Shown: piece after piece, positions 46,547 through 56,143 of the stretch
Position numbering within the stretch: the first letter of the stretch is position 1
Layout of the letters: every line of letters starts with the position of its first letter
DNA from: a bacterium
Lineage (GTDB): Bacteria > UBA8248
DNA length: 64,000 nucleotides
Reading direction: 5' to 3'
Assembly (NCBI GenBank): GCA_963692865.2
Contig: OY843592.1
Location: 1,728,001-1,792,000, forward strand
Made by a program: the position numbers and the translations under genes
The notes under the pieces: model-generated
Database searches by the model: none
The model's input: the letters and a program-made list of their open reading frames with translations, nothing else
What the model was told of the DNA's origin: nothing

Positions 46547-47725
46547 TCACCATGGGGCCGCCTTTTCCGTGTCGAGGCGATCCGGCAATTGGTACCTGAG
46601 GTCTTCGAGCATCGAAGCGTCGAGCAGGAAGACGAAATTGTTGCTCTGCCACTTCTTGCCGAGATCAGGCGCGATTCTGTGGAGCGCTCCCTGCGCCCGG
46701 CGTGACCATTTCATCCATGGCAGCAATCCCCTGATCTTCATCCTGGGTATTCGGAGTTGATCCGAGAGTTCGTCGCCCAGCACCGCGCGTGAAACCCTGC
46801 GTACGTGCTTCACCATGGCGTCCTGTTCGGCGAAATCGGTTTTGCCGGCGATCAGGGGCAGGGCTTCGATCAGGGCGTTCGCAACGGCGGCCGACTCTTC
46901 GCCCGGCGGCGGCTCGCACATGGTCGCGACCCGGGCGAATTCGAGGGTTTTCTCATAATCACCCTCGAACAGAAGATGCTCGGGCGCGCCGATCAGGTAC
47001 GAGGCGTATCGCCACGCCTGCATGAAGCCGCCTCGCGTCGCGTCATCGAACTCCGCCCCGAGTATCTCGGCGTGCGTGAGCATGGTCGCGGAGAAGTTGG
47101 CGGCGGCGAGGGCGATTTGCGCGGCGCTGAGCGGCGCGCCGTGCACGGATTCGTCCCAGTCGCTCTCGTCGTGAATCAATCGCCTGATCCGCGCGTGCAC
47201 CAGCCGGATGCGGACGGAGAGTTTCCAGCCGTCTCCCTGGCGTTCGAGCGCGTCGGGCAGCATGATCTCGATGAAGTGCCTCGTGTTCTGGCGGATCCGG
47301 CGCATGCCGAAACCGCTCATGACCCGGCCCGTGGCGTAGAACGACTTGGCGATCGAGGTGGACACGTTTCGCACCGTGACCAGGAAGAACGCGGGGATGA
47401 ACAAGTCGGAATACGCGTGGAAGGCGCGGTAGGCCGGATACAGGGGCTGTGGATCGAACCACGACGGCGGACGCTGTATCGCATCGAAAAAATCGCAGAG
47501 CGACTTCGGCGCGTCCGCGAGCGCCTTCGCGTCCTCGTGGATGCCGGCCTGGATGAAGCGGTCCACGTCTTTGGCGGCAAGCGGCGCGAGTTCGTCCATC
47601 ACGGCGTCGGCCGCCGGGTCGCCGATGATCGTCCCTTCGATGTACTTTTCGGCGAGTTCCGGGTTGAGGGCGCGGGCTTTCTCGTAACCTTCCCGATAAG
47701 CCGAGGGTATTTGCAGTTCCGGCAT
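46547..47725 (-). CDS. Oxygenase MpaB/DUF2236 (Lcp-like) family protein
   Basis: GDP.ADA, P.W.D, R..Q.., GWK..VRIRLVHA.IR, W.....G.P, WRY..YLIG. Confidence 0.85.
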   Translation of the reverse strand: MPELQIPSAYREGYEKARALNPELAEKYIEGTIIGDPAADAVMDELAPLAAKDVDRFIQAGIHEDAKALADAPKSLCDFFDAIQRPPSWFDPQPLYPAYRAFHAYSDLFIPAFFLVTVRNVSTSIAKSFYATGRVMSGFGMRRIRQNTRHFIEIMLPDALERQGDGWKLSVRIRLVHARIRRLIHDESDWDESVHGAPLSAAQIALAAANFSATMLTHAEILGAEFDDATRGGFMQAWRYASYLIGAPEHLLFEGDYEKTLEFARVATMCEPPPGEESAAVANALIEALPLIAGKTDFAEQDAMVKHVRRVSRAVLGDELSDQLRIPRMKIRGLLPWMKWSRRAQGALHRIAPDLGKKWQSNNFVFLLDASMLEDLRYQLPDRLDTEKAAPW

Positions 47726-47748
47726 CGCACCATCCTGAAGGAGGCTGG

Positions 47749-47970
47749 TCAGTGTGGGCCATAAGCAAAATGGAGCCCGAAGGCCCGAAAATGATAGGTC
47801 AACGATACGCCGGGATCAACCAAAATCATGTATGGCGCGGCTGCCGCAACCTCATACGGCCGTTCGACGGCCTTCCAGGCGTCAGCGGCCCTCGGGCCAG
47901 ACGGCGTTCGCCAGGCGCCGGCCCCCGAGCGCGCCGAGTTGCCCGTGCAAAGAACGAGTATGTTGGGCAT
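47749..47970 (-). pseudogene. Arsenate reductase (ArsC/LMWP) remnant
   Basis: MPNILVLCTGNSARS P-loop start with GAGG RBS, then loss of family similarity. Confidence 0.6.
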
Positions 47971-48323
47971 GGAACCTCTCTCGCGTCATGAGGGGCCGCG
48001 ATGATGCGCTCCCCCGCGTCTCGTCGTCCGGCAGCCGGACGCTCCCGCTCCGATGAGAGCGCTCATGGGTTCAGAGGGCCGTTCCGCTCCAGACTCCGTG
48101 GCGCCGCTTTGAAATATGGATTTTATTTTGGGGGTGAAACCGCCACCGCTCCGCCCGGAAACCATGTAGCCCAGTTCGGCGGCGGGATCAATTCATGCGG
48201 CTCGCAATTCCCGCATCCTCATCCGACGGGAGATATTGAAAAAGTCCTGATTTTATGATTCGGCGTATGTATCCGACTGGACAGAGAGGAGAAACGCTTC
48301 CCCGCCAGCAGAGCGCAAACGAC

Positions 48324-48593
48324 CACTCCCTCCTTGAGGGGCTGTTGAAAAAGCCGCCTGGGATCGAGCGCATGACGCTCGTCTTGTATGGCTACTGTAT
48401 CGACCTCATCCTGAGTAGGCGCGCAAGCGCCGTATCGAAGGATGGGGGCGCATCCAACCGGCGGGACGCGAATTTCGCCCTTCGATACGCGGCTTCGCCG
48501 CTACTCAGGGTAAGGCGGTGGGGCGGGCTGCGCAGGATGAGGAGGGGATTGCGCCGCATCGGCCTTTTTCAACAACCCCCTCAAGGGGGGAGT
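48324..48593. repeat. C arms enclosing an E cassette that contains a family D doublet (48404-48515)
   Basis: 48404-48579 is a near-identical inverted copy of 60750-60922. Confidence 0.88.
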
Positions 48594-48698
48594 AAATCGC
48601 AAACCATTGCTTGACGCCAAGTTCCTGCTTTGCGCTCCCCTGAACACATCTGGCAAGATGGCGGCTACTCTATGCCCCTTGGCTGAGGAGGCTCCCCC

Positions 48699-50465
48699 AT
48701 GGCGTTTCGCCACACCACCCCCGAAGGCCGCGTTTACGTCTCCCACAGGCCGCAGGTCACGGCGCGCGAGGCCATGGTCGCATCCGGCCATCACTACGCG
48801 AGCCAGGCGGGCCTGAGAATCCTGGAGAGGGGCGGAAACGCGATAGACGCAGGCGTCGCGGCGGGGATATGCCTGAGCGTCCTTCACTCCGACATGGTGT
48901 CGTTCCTTGGCGTCGCGCCCACGATCATCTATCTGGCGAAAGAAGAGCGCGTCCTCACCATCAGCGGCCTCGGACGCTGGCCCAAGGCGGCCTCCATCGA
49001 GTGGTTCGAGAAAAACTGCAATGGCGAGATTCCGCCGGGCGTGCGCCGCGCCGTAACGCCCGCGGCGGTGGACGCCTGGCTCACGGCGCTGGAGCAATAC
49101 GGCACGATGACATTCGCCGAGGTTGCCGGGGACGCCATATCTTTGGCCGAAGGCGGCTTCGCCATGCACCACTTCATGCACGAGCACATCAAGGCGGCGG
49201 AAGGAGACTACTACCGCTGGGAGTCGACGCGGCCCGTCTACTTCCCCGAAGGCCGCCTCATCCCCGTGGGCGGACGGGTGCGGATTCCCGATCTGGCCGG
49301 GACGATGCGCCGCATGGCGCGCGCGGAAGAGGGAGCGGGCGGCGGACGCGCGGCGGGCGTGCGCGCGGCGCGCGATGAGGTCTACGCCGGCGAGACGGCC
49401 CGCCTGATGGTCGATTTCATCGGGCGCGAAGGCGGGCTGATGACCATGGACGATCTGGCCGATTTCCACGTCCTGGAGGAAGAACCGGTGATGACGGAGT
49501 TTCTGGGCCACCAGGTCTACGCCTGCGGCCCGTGGTGCCAGGGGCCGACGCTGCTCGAAGCGATGAACATCCTCTCGCACTTCGATCTCCTGGCTCTCGG
49601 CCACAATTCTCCCGCCTACCTCCACGCGCTGATGGCCGCGCTCAACCTCGCCTTCGCGGACAGGGAGGCCTTCATCGGCGACCCCGAATTCGTGGACGTG
49701 CCGATAGACGGCCTTCTCTCCGGGGCATACGCCGCCGAGCAGGCGGGGCGCGTCGATATGGAGAGCGCCTTCGCCGACATGCCCGAGCCGGGCGACCCCT
49801 GGCCGCACCAGGGGGGCGCGCATCCCTGGCGGTACGACGGCGCGCACCGCGTTCCGCAAGCCTCGGGAGCCGAATACCAGCACGACACCTCCTACTGCGC
49901 GGCGGTGGATTCGGAGGGAAACGCCTTTTCCTGCACGCCTTCGGACCCCGCGAACTCGATGCCCTTCGTGCCGGGCGTGGGCGCGACCGTCTCGGGGCGC
50001 GGCTCCCAGAGCTGGCTCGATCCGGCGCACCCGAGCGCTCTCGCGCCCTGGAAGCGCCCGAGACTCACGCCGAACCCGGCCCTCACGCTCAAGAACGGCG
50101 CGTTCTACATGACGCTGGGCACCCCGGGCGGCGACGTCCAGCCACAGGCCATGCTCCAGGCGTTCCTGAACCACGTCCTGTTCGGGATGCCGCCGCAGAT
50201 GGCGGTGGAAGCCCCTCGCGCCGCCACCTCCAGTTTCCCCAACTCCTTCTGGCCCCACGCCTACGAGCCTGCGAGTGCTAAGGCGGAGGCGCGCCTTATG
50301 AATGACGCAGGCGCGGCGCTCACCGGGATGGGCTACAAGATGGGTTCGTGGCCCGATTTCGGCTGGCAGCCCGGCAGCGTCTGCGCGGTCGTGAAAGACC
50401 CCGAGACGGGCTTCCTCCTCGGCGGCGCCGACCCCCGGCGCGAGTCCTACGCAGCGGGGTGGTAG
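48699..50465 (+). CDS. ggt: Gamma-glutamyltransferase family protein
   Basis: GGNAIDAGVA, AFADR, DTSY (nucleophile Thr), D..GNA, P.KRP, GTPGG..Q.Q, GADPRR. Confidence 0.92.
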   Translation: MAFRHTTPEGRVYVSHRPQVTAREAMVASGHHYASQAGLRILERGGNAIDAGVAAGICLSVLHSDMVSFLGVAPTIIYLAKEERVLTISGLGRWPKAASIEWFEKNCNGEIPPGVRRAVTPAAVDAWLTALEQYGTMTFAEVAGDAISLAEGGFAMHHFMHEHIKAAEGDYYRWESTRPVYFPEGRLIPVGGRVRIPDLAGTMRRMARAEEGAGGGRAAGVRAARDEVYAGETARLMVDFIGREGGLMTMDDLADFHVLEEEPVMTEFLGHQVYACGPWCQGPTLLEAMNILSHFDLLALGHNSPAYLHALMAALNLAFADREAFIGDPEFVDVPIDGLLSGAYAAEQAGRVDMESAFADMPEPGDPWPHQGGAHPWRYDGAHRVPQASGAEYQHDTSYCAAVDSEGNAFSCTPSDPANSMPFVPGVGATVSGRGSQSWLDPAHPSALAPWKRPRLTPNPALTLKNGAFYMTLGTPGGDVQPQAMLQAFLNHVLFGMPPQMAVEAPRAATSSFPNSFWPHAYEPASAKAEARLMNDAGAALTGMGYKMGSWPDFGWQPGSVCAVVKDPETGFLLGGADPRRESYAAGW

Positions 50466-50562
50466 TAGGGCGATCCTCCAAGGAAAGAGGCGTTTCCTTG
50501 TCCCCTTCTTCTATCCGTGTTATTTCTACCTGATGAGGACCCGATAACGGGAGGGTATCTCA

Positions 50563-50844
50563 GTGGAGGTGAAGGAAGCCGTGCAAACGGCGAAAGAATA
50601 CATTATCGATCTCTTCGGTGACGAGGCGATCACGGGCGTCGGCCTTGAAGAAGTTGATCTCGACATGGGGTCAAACGACTGGAAGATAACCATCGGTTTT
50701 TATCGTCCGTTATCTCAACGGGGCACCTTGACCACCGTATTCGGCAAACAGCACGAAGCACGCTCCTATAAGGTCGTAAGCATCGACAAGCAAAGCGGCC
50801 GCGTGTCGGCGGTTACGGATCGCGTCCTGCCCGCATCTGTATGA
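50563..50844 (+). CDS. Small hypothetical protein, putative antitoxin partner of the PIN gene
   Basis: M.VKEAV..AK.Y, LEEV, W.ITIGF, R.YK.V.ID; GGAGG RBS; 4 nt before the PIN gene. Confidence 0.7.
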   Translation: MEVKEAVQTAKEYIIDLFGDEAITGVGLEEVDLDMGSNDWKITIGFYRPLSQRGTLTTVFGKQHEARSYKVVSIDKQSGRVSAVTDRVLPASV

Positions 50845-50848
50845 TTCA

Positions 50849-51310
50849 ATGCGCCCGTCCGGGTACTTCATCGATGCGAATCTTCTCGTCCTGCTCATCG
50901 TGGGCCGAGTGGGGGAGGAGTTCATTTCAAAGCATAGTCGCCTGCAACAATTCGTAGGCGAAGATTACCGGATTCTGCGCAATCTGCTCGACAGGGTCGA
51001 GCAGGTGTTCGTCACCCCGAATACGCTCACCGAAGCGTCCAACCTGCTCGCCCAACACGGGGAACCGGAGCGCTCCCGGTTTTTCGATCAGCTTCGCTCC
51101 ACCATAGAAGAAAGCAGGGAAATACACGTCGTCAGCGAGGTCGCCTCGCAGAACAGGGAATTCAGGCGGCTCGGGCTGACCGACGCCGCGCTCCTGGAAG
51201 TCGCCACCGTGGAGACGCCTTTGCTTACGGTGGACCTCGATCTTTATCTTTCGGCATTGACGGAAGAACAAGAAACGGCGGTGAACTTCAGGCATTTGCA
51301 GAAATTCTAA
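50849..51310 (+). CDS. PIN domain protein
   Basis: IDANLLVLL, TPN.LTE.SNL, LGLTD, LLT.D..L acidic PIN residues. Confidence 0.8.
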   Translation: MRPSGYFIDANLLVLLIVGRVGEEFISKHSRLQQFVGEDYRILRNLLDRVEQVFVTPNTLTEASNLLAQHGEPERSRFFDQLRSTIEESREIHVVSEVASQNREFRRLGLTDAALLEVATVETPLLTVDLDLYLSALTEEQETAVNFRHLQKF

Positions 51311-51435
51311 CCAGGCGTTCGCCGTTTCTTGTGTTTGAATTTCGATTGAACTCCAACGCAATAGCCATCGCGCCGCGCACCCGCTTGCTTCGCCGCCCGC
51401 CCGCGCGGAGAATGCGGACGTGATAACGGAGGAGC

Positions 51436-51858
51436 ATGATGACTTCACCCGAAGCCGAGCGCGCGGAACCCGCCGGTGAATCCGCGCGGGGCGACTTTCT
51501 CCTCTACGACGGCGAGTGCCCGTTCTGCCGCTTCTACGCGCGGAAATCGGAGTTTCGCGCGCCGGACGGACGGCCCTTGAAGCTCATCGACGCGAACCGC
51601 GCGCCCGGACTCGTGGCCGATCTTCGAAAACACGGCTGCGAGGCCGAGGAGGGGATGGCGCTCGTCCTGGAGGGCAAGCGCTATCAGGGCGCGGCGGCGA
51701 TGACGGCGCTCGAAGCGATGACGGGCGGAGGCCGGCTCCGCAGGCTCGCCGGGTGGTTCGCCTCGAATCCGGCGCGCGCCCGCGCCGTCTACCCGTGGCT
51801 GCGGAGGCTGCGCGCCGCGGCCCTTTGGGTGAAGGGCAAGCGCGGTTTGAGGCGGTGA
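51436..51858 (+). CDS. DCC1-like thiol-disulfide oxidoreductase (DUF393)
   Basis: LYDGECPFC, YP motif near the C-terminus. Confidence 0.82.
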   Translation: MMTSPEAERAEPAGESARGDFLLYDGECPFCRFYARKSEFRAPDGRPLKLIDANRAPGLVADLRKHGCEAEEGMALVLEGKRYQGAAAMTALEAMTGGGRLRRLAGWFASNPARARAVYPWLRRLRAAALWVKGKRGLRR

Positions 51859-52179
51859 GGGGCAACCCTTCCGGGTTGTCCTGGATCGTATTCACTCCGA
51901 TACAGGAGGGCGCAGGGGCCTGTCCCGGCACACGTCATTCGGCGGTGGCGCAGGACCGTTACGGGCTTGTTGAAAAACGCCTCTCCGCTTCATCCTGAGT
52001 AGCGGCGAAGCCGCGCATAGAGCGTACGAGGCGGTGTGATGATGTCGCCCGTAGACCGTTATTCCGGCGCAAACCCGCAGTCCCGCCGGTTTTGCCGTAG
52101 GGGCCGCATGATATGTCAGACATATATGTCTGACCCACGCCGGCCCTGAAGTTCACTCCCCCCTTGAGGGTCGGCCTTC
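51859..52179. repeat. Left part of mosaic cassette (B, E start 51963, D, B, start of C unit 52153)
   Basis: Motifs visible; the C unit continues after the IS at 53648. Confidence 0.82.
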
Positions 52180-52181
52180 TC

Positions 52182-52488
52182 TAATCGGGTAGGGCAAGTC
52201 AAGTTCCTCTCCCCTGGTTCTGTCAGACCTGTTCCGCCTTTGGCTGCAGATGACGCTCCATGGGGGTCTCGCTTCTCTTCGTGATCGACTCCCGAGCCGG
52301 GGGCCGTCAACAGGATGGGATCGGAGAACGAAGTGGAACAATCTTTCCTGCGCCCTCGCATCGTCACCGACGCAGCGGGGCTAGGCCGACAGCGTACTCA
52401 CTTCGTCCCTCGTCCCCACGGGAGCATCCCCCGCCGAGGCGGAAGCTACAGGGTTTGTCTGTGGTCCTCCTTCTTCAGTGTCTCGACC
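52182..52488 (-). ncRNA. Candidate bridge/seek RNA region of the IS110 element
   Basis: About 300-nt non-coding region downstream of the transposase, where IS1111-group elements encode their guide RNA; exact limits unknown. Confidence 0.6.
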
Positions 52489-53529
52489 TCAGGCAGCCGA
52501 AGCATCCGCGCCGTCGCGCTTCCAGCGGAACTCACTGCCATCCATCCACATGCGGTGCATGATGACGCCGAGCCGGCGGGCGAGCGCAACCTTCGCGCGC
52601 GACTTGCCGCGACGCTTCGCCACACCCATCGCCCAGGCTTTCAGCCATGACCACCGCGTCGTGCGCCCGAGCAAGACGTTGGCGGCTTCGTAGAGCGCCG
52701 CGCGCATCATCGCGTCGCCGCATTTGGAGATGCTTCCCGTGCGGTCGACCTCTCCGGATTGCCATTTGCGAGGCACAAGCCCGAAGTGCGCGCCCACCGA
52801 GCGCGAGCGCGCAAAACGCGATGGCACGTCGACGCTCGCCCGGAAGGTGAGCGCCGTCACCGGACCCACGCCGGGAACCGTCATCAGGCGCCGGCAGACC
52901 GGATCGGCTCGCGCCGCCTCCAGCATCATCCTGTGCAGCCGGACGTATTCCGCCAGCAGCGCAGAGCGAGCCCGCAGCATCGGCGCCACCAGGCGCGCCA
53001 ACTCCGGGCGCTCCGCGACCAGACACCCTACACGCGCCTCCAAACCGCGACGGGTGACCTTGCCCATCTTCAGCCCGAAGTTGCGCAGCGTGCCCCGGAT
53101 GTGGGCCTCGGCGTCGCACAACTGCTTCAGCATGAACCTGCGGTTGGCGAGGAGCATGCGTTTTTCCTGGCTCGACACCGTCTTCACGTGCACCGGGCGA
53201 ATCAGGTTCGCGCGAACCAACTGGGCGATGCCGCGCGCGTCGTCGCGGTCGCTCTTGTTCACCGTCGCCGAGAGCACCGCCTTCAGTTGCCGCGTCTCGG
53301 CGCAAACCACCGGGAACCCGGCCTCGGCCAGACCGTCATGGAGCCACTGTGACAGCGGCCCCGCCTCCAGGCAGATGCGCGTTACGCCGAAGGCCAGTCC
53401 GGTGAAGAACGCCACGAGGGCCGCGGGTTCGCTCGCGACCTTCGCCTCCCGGACGATCCCGCCCTCCGCGTCCACCACGCACACACTCGTCCACTCCAAC
53501 GACACGTCGAGTCCTGCAAAGTAGTTCAT
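52489..53529 (-). CDS. IS110 family transposase/recombinase
   Basis: GLDVS, LEAG, KSDRDDA (DEDD RuvC-like); PGVG, GL.P...QSG, ISK.G, A.VALAR.L. Confidence 0.96.
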   Translation of the reverse strand: MNYFAGLDVSLEWTSVCVVDAEGGIVREAKVASEPAALVAFFTGLAFGVTRICLEAGPLSQWLHDGLAEAGFPVVCAETRQLKAVLSATVNKSDRDDARGIAQLVRANLIRPVHVKTVSSQEKRMLLANRRFMLKQLCDAEAHIRGTLRNFGLKMGKVTRRGLEARVGCLVAERPELARLVAPMLRARSALLAEYVRLHRMMLEAARADPVCRRLMTVPGVGPVTALTFRASVDVPSRFARSRSVGAHFGLVPRKWQSGEVDRTGSISKCGDAMMRAALYEAANVLLGRTTRWSWLKAWAMGVAKRRGKSRAKVALARRLGVIMHRMWMDGSEFRWKRDGADASAA

Positions 53530-53649
53530 GACTGCTCCTCCTGCGGGCGCGTAGAGACCGGACCATCCCGGCCTCGCCTCGAATCATAAGGCAGAGGAAC
53601 ATCCGCCACACGCGGTAGTTCGCAGACCAACCCGATTACCCCATCTTTC

Positions 53650-53884
53650 CTCCTCGGGAAGGCCGACGATGAGGCAAGGGCGAAGCCCGCAGGCGAGTTG
53701 GTGGGGGGACATGCCACAGAGTAAATCTCCCCCCACCGGTTTAGCCTTCGCAAAAAACGCTCGGCTTCACCGTTGGGCTTTCCCCTCGGGAAGCCCAACC
53801 CTCAAGGGGGGAGTGATTTCTTTTCTCATTCTCGGCCGGCTTCGTATACCCAATCATCCCGCACCGGAGTTTTTCAACAACCCC
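53650..53884. repeat. Right part of the C unit (to 53816) and E end
   Basis: Matches C units at 25049 and 29523; ends TTTTTCAACAACCCC. Confidence 0.85.
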
Positions 53885-54583
53885 ACAGATGCGGCCCGCC
53901 CGGCCTCGCCTTTTGTTCAGGAAAACCCCCCGATTCGCCCGGGGTTGCGTCCGCATTCGGTCGGCGGTTTACCGCTTTTTTTCGATAAATGCCCGAATTG
54001 CGCCCGGCCACGCATTTCCCCGCAATTGCCGTGCTCGCCCGAGGCGCGGCCTGCGCTATCGTGCGCCCCGCGCGGGAAAACGATTTTCCCGCATCGGCGG
54101 AAATCGAACCGAAGGGAGCGGAGGCTTTCTCATGGAATCGGGCGATGGGGTGAGGGTGAAAACGGGGAGACTTTCCGCACGGGCCGCGAACGCTCGCTCG
54201 CGTCGAACCCTTCTTCCTCAGCCGGGTTCGGCCTCCTTCCCGGCCGGGTTCGGCCCGCGGGAGCAGGCCTGCGCCACCGCCCGGCGAAGGCTGGCCACGA
54301 AAGGCAGGACAACCACGGGGGGTTGTCCCTACATGGGCTCATGGACGGCGAGGAAAATGAAAATAATCCTATTTTGGATAAAATTGTATAAATTCAGGGG
54401 GTTTTTGGATAAATTCCTGAAAACGGACGGAAAGGGATTGGAGAAGAAAATCGTTTTATTTCAACGATTTATACCGTAACCATAATACGGAGCATGAAGA
54501 TTTTATCGAATTTTACAGGAAATAAAAATTTTTTCGGACCCGCGCATTTGCCCGCATCTGCGCGCATTTGCCCGCGCGGGGGA

Positions 54584-55645
54584 TCAGGGGGCGCCGCCGA
54601 GGCAGGGGGAAACCTCCCGGACGAAGCGGGCGGCCACGTCGCGCCAGCCGCGCGACGCCGCGCGCTCGATTCCCCGGCGGCCCAGCTCCCCGCGCAGGGC
54701 CTCGTTCTCCAGCAGGTCGATGAGCGCGCCGGCCAGGGCGTCGTCGTCCCCCGGCGGCGGCAGAAGGCCCGCATCGCCCACCGTCTCGGGCGCCGCCGCG
54801 GCGTCGAGGGCCACCACGGGCAGGCCCGCCGCCATGGCTTCCAGGAAGGCGATGCCGAAGCCCTCCTGCAGCGAGGGCAGGCAGAAGACGTCCGCCGCCG
54901 CGTATTCACGCCGCACGGCCGCATCGTCGGTCACCTCGCCCAGGAGCGTGACGGCGCTCTCCAAGCCGAGCCCCGCCACCTGTTTCTCGAGACTCCTCAA
55001 GGACGGCCCCCCGCCCACGACGCGCAGCTTCGCGCCGGGCGCGGCCTCGAGCACCCTCGGCATGGCCCGGATGAGGCTCCTCGTGTTCTTCCTGGGGTAT
55101 TGCCGCGCCACCGAGAGGATGGCGCCGCCCGCCGGGCGCCGCATCGCGCGCACGCGCTCCCAGTCGGCCGGATGGATGCCGTTCCCCACGACGCCGACCT
55201 TCTCCGCCGCCAGCCCGTACGCCCCGCACGCCACGCCCCGGCTGTATTCGCTGGTGACGATGACCCTGTCGGCCCGCCCCGCGTTGGCGCGCTCGATATG
55301 GGAGAGGGCGCGCAGGTACTGGCGCGGCGCGCCGCGCTCGAAGCGCATCTCGTCCGCCGAGACGCCGTGCAGATAGACGACGAACGGGACGTCGACGCGC
55401 AGATGGAAGCCGTCGATGTCGAAGCCCACGAGGAGGTCGAAATCACCGGGCGACACGCGGTCCTCCAGCTCCAGGTTGTAGAGGAGCCTCCCGAGCAGCA
55501 GGCTCGACGCGCGCTCGTTCGGGGCGATGATCTCCACCGAATGGCCGCTCGCCTCCAGCCCGCCCGCCAGGCCCGTGATGGCCGCCGCCGTGCCCGAGCC
55601 TCTCGCTACGTCGAGGGTCCAGGAGTTCAAGAAAGCGATGCGCAA
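54584..55645 (-). CDS. Glycosyltransferase family 4
   Basis: NGI, VAR..PRK, D.F.LPS.QEGFGI..LEAMA.GLPVV. Confidence 0.92.
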   Translation of the reverse strand: MRIAFLNSWTLDVARGSGTAAAITGLAGGLEASGHSVEIIAPNERASSLLLGRLLYNLELEDRVSPGDFDLLVGFDIDGFHLRVDVPFVVYLHGVSADEMRFERGAPRQYLRALSHIERANAGRADRVIVTSEYSRGVACGAYGLAAEKVGVVGNGIHPADWERVRAMRRPAGGAILSVARQYPRKNTRSLIRAMPRVLEAAPGAKLRVVGGGPSLRSLEKQVAGLGLESAVTLLGEVTDDAAVRREYAAADVFCLPSLQEGFGIAFLEAMAAGLPVVALDAAAAPETVGDAGLLPPPGDDDALAGALIDLLENEALRGELGRRGIERAASRGWRDVAARFVREVSPCLGGAP

Positions 55646-55717
55646 ACCCCGCCTCTCCCCGAAAAGAAAAGAGGGCGCAATTCCGCGCCCTCCGCACTCG
55701 CGCTCCGGATGGAGGCG

Positions 55718-56056
55718 CTACCCCTGTAACGCCTGGTCCGACTTGGCCGCGAAGACGAAATCGCTCTCCGTCAAGCCGTCTATCTTGTGCGTCCAGACGG
55801 TGACCTTCACCTTCCCCCAAGCCAGATAGATGTCGGGATGATGGCCCTGCTCCTCGGCCATCTCGCCCACGCGGTTCGTGAAGTCGAGCGCCGCGCGGAA
55901 ATCGGGGAAGCCGTATTCCTTCTCCAGATGGTGCTCGTCCACCACGCGCCAATCGCCGCCCAGCCGATCCTGCAGGGCGGAGAGTTCCTCCCCCTTGAGC
56001 GGGGGCACGCCGCCCTTGCAGGGCACGCATTCCTTGGCCGCAAGTTCGCTGCTCAT
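55718..56056 (-). CDS. phhB: Pterin-4-alpha-carbinolamine dehydratase
   Basis: C.PC.GG..PL, AE..GHHPDI, WTHKIDGL.ESDF..AAK.D. Confidence 0.92.
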   Translation of the reverse strand: MSSELAAKECVPCKGGVPPLKGEELSALQDRLGGDWRVVDEHHLEKEYGFPDFRAALDFTNRVGEMAEEQGHHPDIYLAWGKVKVTVWTHKIDGLTESDFVFAAKSDQALQG

Positions 56057-56143
56057 GGATTTTCCACTCCTCTGTATGGATGATGAAACGACCCGGTCGC
56101 TCGCCTCATCATCCCCTCTTTCCCCCGAAGCCGCAAGGCCGCG

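Larger units (their letters stand above)
52180..53649 (-). mobile_element. IS110 family element (IS1111-like) including both TC core copies
   Basis: Subterminal IRs TAATCGGGTAGG (52182-52193) and CCAACCCGATTA (53627-53638); TC core at 52180-81 and 53648-49; removal restores hairpin GTCGGCCTTCTCCTCCTCGGGAAGGCCGAC. Confidence 0.88.
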
